NCBI GenBank assembly: GCA_038844785.1
Contig: JAWBRA010000006.1
Span: 8,244 to 72,243 of the forward strand
Length of the DNA: 64,000 bases
Reading direction: 5' to 3'
Source of the DNA: Candidatus Caldarchaeum sp.
GTDB taxonomy: Archaea; Thermoproteota; Nitrososphaeria_A; Caldarchaeales; Caldarchaeaceae
Made by a program: the position numbers and the translations under genes. Under the pieces are notes generated by a model. It had not been told where the DNA came from, did no database searches, and worked only from the letters and a program-made list of their open reading frames with translations. Every line of letters begins with the position of its first letter. Within the stretch, counting starts at the first letter, position 1. Shown here piece after piece: positions 58,020 through 64,000 of this stretch.

Positions 58020-58804
58020 ACCGTTAAAACCGCCAGCGCCTCTTCAACCGTGCGGCCCTCGATGACCACACGTCTCAGAGCCTTCACCATCTGTGCTGGA
58101 GAACTGTGCTGGAAAACGTTTCTCCCAAACGTTATGCCCAAACATCCTCCAGCCACCGAGGCGTATGCAAGCCTCAGAACGTCTTCGTCTCTCTCCATCT
58201 TCGGCCCTCCTGCGGCTACGACGGGGACGGGGCATGTTTTCACAACCCGTTCAACATCCCTGATGTTGGCGGACGGCATAGGTGTCTTGACTATGTCGGC
58301 TCCAAGCTCCGCTCCAACACGCGCTACATGGCTTATGATGAATGGGTCGCTTGCATCCTTAATGTTCTCACCCCGGGGATACATCATCGCTATGAGGGGC
58401 ATCTGCCATTCGTCGCATGCGTCAGCTGTTTCGCCCAGCTGCTCGAGCATCAGGTCATCGTCAGCGCCGCCTATGTTTATGTGGACGGAGACGGCGTCAA
58501 CGCCCAGCCGGACAGCCTCCTCGACAGAGGAGACAAGAACCTTCCTGTTGTACCTGCTGCTCAGCTGGGTGCTGGCGGACATGTGCATGATCGACCCTGT
58601 TTTAAGCGGTCTCTTCAAACCCCTGAAAACACCTTTGTGGGCTAGGACGGCTGTAACTCCCGCGTTTTCCAAAAGATAGACAAGGTTTTCTATCTGCTCA
58701 AGCCCTTGGACGGGCCCTATTGATGTCCCGTGGTCGAGCGGTACGCAGAGCATTCTCCCGTTTTCGAGAAGCCTGCTCAGCCTAACCTGTTTGCCGAAAA
58801 CCAT
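58016..58804 (-). CDS. 2-amino-3,7-dideoxy-D-threo-hept-6-ulosonate synthase (DhnA-type class I aldolase)
   Basis: PLDHG, AMMYPRG, ELGADIVKT, AGGPK and GRNVFQ motifs; adjacent to DHQ synthase II. Confidence 0.9.
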   Translation of the reverse strand: MVFGKQVRLSRLLENGRMLCVPLDHGTSIGPVQGLEQIENLVYLLENAGVTAVLAHKGVFRGLKRPLKTGSIMHMSASTQLSSRYNRKVLVSSVEEAVRLGVDAVSVHINIGGADDDLMLEQLGETADACDEWQMPLIAMMYPRGENIKDASDPFIISHVARVGAELGADIVKTPMPSANIRDVERVVKTCPVPVVAAGGPKMERDEDVLRLAYASVAGGCLGITFGRNVFQHSSPAQMVKALRRVVIEGRTVEEALAVLTV

Positions 58805-58809
58805 GCGTC

Positions 58810-59862
58810 TCAGCCCTCCAGAAAGCCGAAGTGATGGGCGAGCTCAGCCGTCAATATGGTTCCGCCGGCGGCTCCTCTGATGAGGTTGTGGCTCAGCGAT
58901 ATGAACCTGACCGTGTTGTTGTATACTCTCAGCCTGCCAACCGACACGCTCATCCCCGGAATGGAGCCGGCGTCAACGTCTATCCGTGTCTGAGGCCTGT
59001 CGTTCTCCCTGTGAACTATTATGGGCCGGCGGGGTGCCGTGGGAAGGTTAAGCTCCTGCGGAAGCGAAACGTATTCTTCAAGAAGATGTGACACCGTTTC
59101 GAGGTCGGCGTTTTTCTCTGTTTCCGCAAATACCGACTCCATATGCCCGTCCAGGGTTGGAACACGTGTGCATGTGGCAAACACCTGCATGTCGTCTGAG
59201 ACCACTCTGTCGTCTACGAAACGGCCCAGTATCTTGACGGCCTCGGTTTCAACCTTACCCTCCTCGCCCGAGATGTATGGTATTATGTTTCCAAGTATGG
59301 AGAGGGAGGCGACGCCGGGATATCCTGCTCCTGAAACAGCCTGCATAGTGGTAACTATCACACGCTTTATGCCCAGCGACTTTTGAATCGGATGGAGGGG
59401 CAAGACCAATCCTACTGTTGTGCAGTTTGGTGTGGTTACGATGTAACCATCCCATCCACGGTTCTTCCTCTGTGTTTTAATGAGGTTGAGGTGGTCGGGG
59501 TTTATTTCGGGAACTATGAGAGGTACATCCTTCTCCATCCTGAAGGCGGCTGCATCGCTGTAAACCGGGAAGCCTGCTTCCGCAAACTTCGGCTCAGCCT
59601 CTCTCGCAGCCTCGGTCGGAAGGCATGAGAAGACAAAGTCTGCGTCAACTCTTTTAGGGTCTGTGGGCAAAACCTCCATCTCAGCTATCTCTTTAGGCGG
59701 CATGGGCGCCTCACCTCTCACCGCCTCCACATACTTACGGCCAACCGACTCCTTACCCGTCAAACATCTAATCCTAAACCATGGATGGTTCTGGAGCATT
59801 CTTATGTAATGCTGTCCAACCATCCCCGTTGCTCCCAGTATGGCGACGCTGTACGGCTTCAT
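58810..59862 (-). CDS. asd: Aspartate-semialdehyde dehydrogenase
   Basis: GATGMVGQ, VPEIN, PNCTT, QAVSGAG, CTRVP..DGH and HNLIRGAAG motifs. Confidence 0.95.
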   Translation of the reverse strand: MKPYSVAILGATGMVGQHYIRMLQNHPWFRIRCLTGKESVGRKYVEAVRGEAPMPPKEIAEMEVLPTDPKRVDADFVFSCLPTEAAREAEPKFAEAGFPVYSDAAAFRMEKDVPLIVPEINPDHLNLIKTQRKNRGWDGYIVTTPNCTTVGLVLPLHPIQKSLGIKRVIVTTMQAVSGAGYPGVASLSILGNIIPYISGEEGKVETEAVKILGRFVDDRVVSDDMQVFATCTRVPTLDGHMESVFAETEKNADLETVSHLLEEYVSLPQELNLPTAPRRPIIVHRENDRPQTRIDVDAGSIPGMSVSVGRLRVYNNTVRFISLSHNLIRGAAGGTILTAELAHHFGFLEG

Positions 59863-59983
59863 GCTTTTAGAAACAGCCTTTCTACTATTATTTACTTTTT
59901 CTCACGGGTATTACTTGACGGCGAGGCTTGGACTGCGAGCGTTTAAAAACAGGATATGCGCTTGGTAGGTTGAGGATTCAAGG

Positions 59984-60493
59984 GTGTTGAGGCAGGAGGC
60001 TCAGCTTGTATGGTCTTCGCGATACAGGAAAGGCGCCGTGGCTAACGCCGTCGTCTCCGCCGTCTGGACGCTTCTATACGTCATCCCCGTCGACCCCTTC
60101 CCCATGCTGCTCAGGATAGTCGTTGCAGGAGGTCCGGGAACATGGTTCATCCTAAGCTATCTTTTGTACATCATAGTTGGGTTCGGAGGTTTTCTAGGTC
60201 TTTCATATCTTTACTTCGTCGCTGAACGTTTTGAGGGCAGGGTGGTAAACCGTGGTCTCGCTCTCGTGGGCTTTCTCGCAATGTACGTTGGGTTAACAGG
60301 TACTACGTTTGGGCTGGCTGTTGCAGGAGCCCTCGGAGGCTATGCGGCTGTAATCGCCCATTCACCTGCTGAAACTGTCCGTCTCATAATGGAGCCGTTT
60401 GTCAACCCTCTCAGGACGTTGTGCCTGGTGACCGTTGTAGGAGCCGTAGCCTCGCTTGCAGCACCATACGTTGAGAAACATAAAACATCCTGA
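59984..60493 (+). CDS. Hypothetical membrane protein (4 TM)
   Basis: Hydrophobic 169-aa ORF with a TTTAAA element upstream. Confidence 0.6.
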   Translation: MLRQEAQLVWSSRYRKGAVANAVVSAVWTLLYVIPVDPFPMLLRIVVAGGPGTWFILSYLLYIIVGFGGFLGLSYLYFVAERFEGRVVNRGLALVGFLAMYVGLTGTTFGLAVAGALGGYAAVIAHSPAETVRLIMEPFVNPLRTLCLVTVVGAVASLAAPYVEKHKTS

Positions 60494-60501
60494 AAACCAT
60501 G

Positions 60502-61407
60502 TTAGCTGATTTTTAGAGCTGCTGTCACCGTAACCAACAAAACTAAAACAGCTATGAGCAGGACTAGGTAGACGGCTTCACCGCCTGACGCCTCCCATGA
60601 AACTGGAGAATAAGACCAGACCATTTCAGAGTTTTCGTTAAAACTGATTGAGATGAAGCCAGGAACTGGCGCGCCTCCTCCAACAACGAAAAGGGACTGC
60701 CGGTAGAAGACCATGCCGTCGTCAACATACCATCCCCCAGCAACACGTCTGCCGTCGACGATTATACCGTGTAAAATCATGCCGCCCATGTTGGCGAAAA
60801 CCTCTTCCCTGGATGTATATGATTCTAACGCAATGACCTCCTGCTCCCCAGCCATGAAGTTCATTCTCCCGTCTGCAACTATGGGGAAAGTAGTTCTCTT
60901 TTTTGTCATCAAGTTGCATACATCACCGAGCCAAACAGGCTGCTGCCCATTTATAGACGAATAGATAGATACAGATATCTTGTCTCCGGGAGCGAAGTAT
61001 GGAGCTGACTTGTAAAGCACTAGGTGATAGGTTTTATTCGGTCCGTAGACATCTGTCACATACATTGCGTATGTTGACCAAGCCGTCTCCCCGGGTTCAA
61101 GCCCAGCCGCAACCTGGAGAACAGTCCTTGAAGCAGTCATGACACTTACGATAACGTAGATTGTGTCGTCGGTGTGGTTTATTTTGGGGATTGTGACAAC
61201 AACCGTGAGGTTTTTGACTAGAGACCAGTCAAGCCCCTCTCCATTTTCTAAGGGGCTTTTGTCCGGCACCGTTATCCCCAAAGCCCAGGGACGTCGCTGG
61301 CTGGCCAACTCCCAGCCGTCATCGTCAAGCCCCAAGGCAAAATGTGGTTGAATGAGCAGTAGAAACAAGAGAAACACGGTGGATTCGGTGGATTGCCAAG
61401 GGCACAC
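60502..61407 (-). CDS. Secreted, C-terminally anchored hypothetical protein (possible G1/A4 peptidase-like fold)
   Basis: Signal peptide, beta-rich body with LQVAAG...GDKISVSI...ALESY and a C-terminal TM helix. Confidence 0.55.
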   Translation of the reverse strand: MCPWQSTESTVFLLFLLLIQPHFALGLDDDGWELASQRRPWALGITVPDKSPLENGEGLDWSLVKNLTVVVTIPKINHTDDTIYVIVSVMTASRTVLQVAAGLEPGETAWSTYAMYVTDVYGPNKTYHLVLYKSAPYFAPGDKISVSIYSSINGQQPVWLGDVCNLMTKKRTTFPIVADGRMNFMAGEQEVIALESYTSREEVFANMGGMILHGIIVDGRRVAGGWYVDDGMVFYRQSLFVVGGGAPVPGFISISFNENSEMVWSYSPVSWEASGGEAVYLVLLIAVLVLLVTVTAALKIS

Positions 61408-61598
61408 CTTCAGCCCTTAGGATTGTTGCGTCGCCTATCTCAAATACGTTGAGGCTTTTTTCTATGTTAACGGCGTTGAACAAGCTTGGCATTATAGACG
61501 GATGCTGTCCCCGCCGGATGCATGTCTTGGCAAACTGGTTTTGGGCTGGTTAGTTGGCAAACGTTTTTAGGTTAAACCAACGATATATTTAATAACTA

Positions 61599-62492
61599 TT
61601 GTGTACAATAAAAACAACGGTGAGCTGGCCGATAAACAAAGGAAGGCCTGTGAGCTATGCAGAGCCGCTGACAGCTCTGTCACAGCAAACAGTACGCGAC
61701 ATCCTCGACTATGCGGAAAAACCTTCGCCAACAACCGTCGGACCCGGAACATCAGTAGTAGCCGCAGCAGTCTTTATCGCGGTCTCTGATTTAGATTATG
61801 TTGTTGTGGCCGCCGACGAGAAACCCTACGGCCTGATCACAGGATATAACATCTTGAAAGTCTTTGTTGAAGAGCCTGCAAAGGCTTGGACAAAGCTGTA
61901 TCAGACGAAAGCCCAAGACCTGACGCATCATGCTGTAAAAACAACTCTTTCCTCCAGCCTGGAGCAAGTGCTGGAATCTTGGCGTTTAGATAGATGGGGT
62001 TACTCGTTGGTGATGAGCGAGAGGAGGCTGGTCAACGTTTTATCATCTTTGGACGTCTTAAATTTTCTGTTGTCTGAAAAGCTTAGAACAACACTCTCCC
62101 GCCTGACAGTGACGGACGTCATGGAAGATACTGGTCTCGATTGTAGGGTTAAGCTCGATGTACCTATACAGAGGGCGATGGAAAAGATGCTCGGGGACGG
62201 TGTCAGAAAGCTTATCGCTGGCAACAGGATACTAGCCGACAAAGATTTTTTGACATATCTTTTCACCCAGCCTGTTTTGGATGTTTTAAGAGACAGCCCT
62301 GCGAAGGCGCTTAACGCTCCGGTTTCTGCCATGGAAAATTTTTTGAAAAAACCTGCTACAGTTGCTTCGGATGAAGACATGTATAGCGTTGCCTTGAAGA
62401 TTATGAAGAGCGAGGCCAAGGCAGCTGTCTACAGAGAGCTTGGGAAAATACTGACACCCTATGACGTAGCTATGTCTGTCCTCGTAAGATGA
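61599..62492 (+). CDS. Multi-CBS domain protein
   Basis: Four CBS-like repeats (GLITGYNIL, VLSSLDVL, ILADKDFL, ILTPYDVA). The start may be the GTG at 61650. Confidence 0.8.
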   Translation: MCTIKTTVSWPINKGRPVSYAEPLTALSQQTVRDILDYAEKPSPTTVGPGTSVVAAAVFIAVSDLDYVVVAADEKPYGLITGYNILKVFVEEPAKAWTKLYQTKAQDLTHHAVKTTLSSSLEQVLESWRLDRWGYSLVMSERRLVNVLSSLDVLNFLLSEKLRTTLSRLTVTDVMEDTGLDCRVKLDVPIQRAMEKMLGDGVRKLIAGNRILADKDFLTYLFTQPVLDVLRDSPAKALNAPVSAMENFLKKPATVASDEDMYSVALKIMKSEAKAAVYRELGKILTPYDVAMSVLVR

Positions 62493-62495
62493 TTG

Positions 62496-62890
62496 CTAGA
62501 GCTTGACTTTTTTCAGGCTTAGGGAGTTTGTATTTTTCTTTCTTCTTGATTTTTTCCTTAATACTCTGTTGCAGTATGGACATTTATCCCTGTTAATAAA
62601 AGTTTTACAGCACTTACTGCAATATGATTCCCCCTTATCGTAGTTTGGCTGACGGCCTGATGGAATAAACAGAGACTCCTCATCTTCCTTATAGCTGAAG
62701 CATGGTATTCCGTCTTCAACCCAAACAGCTATTCTAACCTCTCTCCCGTCATGAGCCTCAAAATGAAACAACGGCCTATACATGTTCGGGATTCTCAATC
62801 TCCATCCTGCTGTCACGTTATACCTTCCCCTAAACCTCTCCCCCCTAACAACACCTATATAGTCTCCTTCATCGGGTGTGTTTAAAGACT
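62496..62890 (-). pseudogene. AbrB/MraZ-like + Zn-ribbon gene, copy 3 (open frame but 5'-truncated)
   Basis: SLNTPDEGDYIGVVRGERFRGRYNVTAGWRLRIPNMY...WVEDGIP...YCSKC...KCPYCNRVLRKKSRRK. Homology to the other copies starts at about 62890. Confidence 0.65.
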
Positions 62891-63708
62891 GCTGACAAGG
62901 CTTACGGAGAAGTTTGAGACATGGTTGAAACCCTCGTAGTCTAGGACTGTTATGCTGAAGCTTCTAAACTCCCTTATCATGACGTAATCTAGGTCTGTGA
63001 GGGGGTTAGAGGCCCTATCTTTCTCCCGTCATCACCTATGAAGGCTGCTTTGACTCTAAGCTCGGCCTTAAGCCTTCCGACTGGAGAGTCTTTAGGAGGT
63101 TTGACCGTTATGTTGAAGTATGTGTCGAGTAGCTTGGGTAGAACCCTTCCTCTGTCAGAAGCCCATAACCCTACAGGCCTGTCATATCCCGAAACCATAA
63201 GCTCTATGCTTGTTATGTTGAAGACGCCCTGCTCGAAGTTCTTCAGCCTCACCAGTCCCCATCCAGCTCCTCCCGCATGTATGTCTCCCTGCCAGCCTAG
63301 AAGGTCTGAAACAACCCTCCAAAACCCACCAGTCTCCCTGAACAAGCATGTTGTGAAAACCTCCCCTATCGAGAACCTTCTCTCACCATAGGTAAACCTG
63401 TAGCCGCTTGCAGTAATATAATAGGTGTAGAACCATGCGTAACCCTCTATCTCAGCGTAGCCCGTCATGTTCGTAACTGAAGATGCTCTGTGACCCGGGT
63501 TATCTAGGTTGACTGAGGCTCCTACTATGGGCTGCTGGTTAGAGCAGTCCAGAACCCTGACGTAGAATTTGCCGAAAGGCGTTCCTGAAGGAGGAGGCTC
63601 AAGCCCGTAAACCGCAGGCAGAAGAAGCAGTATGATTAGAAATAGCCAGCACCTCATCGAAGCCATGAGTTCTGGAAACATGGTTATAAGCGGATGTTCG
63701 TCAAACAA
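62882..63708 (-). pseudogene. Frameshifted/truncated secreted surface protein (carboxypeptidase-regulatory-like beta-sandwich repeats)
   Basis: Signal peptide and FYVRVLDCSNQQPIVGASV. After the stop at 62989 another frame continues FSITVLDYEGFNHVSNFSV and ends at the repeat junction. Confidence 0.5.
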
Positions 63709-63846
63709 TTGACAGACGTGCTTTTATATAGTCTTTTATGATGTTGTTTGTCGTGGTTCATAGGGTCGTGGCTGGAAACTTTTAGCATCGCCTCCACTTT
63801 CACCCTACTCTCCCATCTTATATTCATCCAGTCAACGGTATTCTCT

Positions 63847-64000
63847 ATGATGAGGGATTATCGTCGTAGGCTTGGGGAGGAGCTTGGCAGATGGTCTGCT
63901 TTCAGAGACGCTCTTCTACAGGATGGGAGGATGGTGTTTGACAGGCTTGTAGATAATTCTCTCAAGTATGCACGTGGTGCTCAGGCGTATTCTGAGAGGG
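63847..64000 (+). CDS. Small helical protein, partial (resembles PolB2-operon-associated arCOG07300-like proteins)
   Basis: MMRDYRRRLGEELGRWSAFRDALLQDGRMVFDRLVDNSLKYA; runs off the window end. Confidence 0.45.
   Translation, partial: MMRDYRRRLGEELGRWSAFRDALLQDGRMVFDRLVDNSLKYARGAQAYSER

Overview
This is a 64-kb archaeal chromosomal window. Gene content (archaeal uS12, archaeal shikimate enzymes, pantoate kinase, class III signal peptides, TATA-type promoters) points to a TACK archaeon, probably a thermophilic Aigarchaeota/Caldarchaeales-like lineage; this is an inference. Core genes include methylmalonyl-CoA mutase with MeaB, cytochrome b, an isocitrate dehydrogenase-family gene, pyrB, sdhACDB, rps12, pantoate kinase with an ECF S component, asd and the aro genes. 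A divergent cluster holds two xanthine-dehydrogenase-family Mo subunits, a cyclic amidohydrolase and a Liv-type ABC transporter. The main finding is a ~17-kb sulfur-oxidation island (39.3-56.3 kb) lying inside the aro gene run, between aroD and aroE. It encodes an FccB-like flavoprotein with a blue-copper protein, YeeE, a Tat-less Mo oxidoreductase with an NrfC-NrfD fusion, TauE, two DsrE proteins, TusA, a lipoate ligase, LbpA, ArsR and an unusual sHdr set. That set is C1-B1-A-C2 followed by a QmoC-like heme-b membrane anchor, with no shdrH or shdrB2. The window also has dispersed scars of mobile DNA: three degraded copies of an AbrB-like/Zn-ribbon gene, three copies of a ~110-bp non-coding element, a patchwork of gene fragments with a 155-bp near-exact duplication, an IS6 remnant and a possible integrase remnant. 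No tRNA, rRNA or convincing CRISPR array was seen. All family calls come from motif recognition by eye, not database searches.
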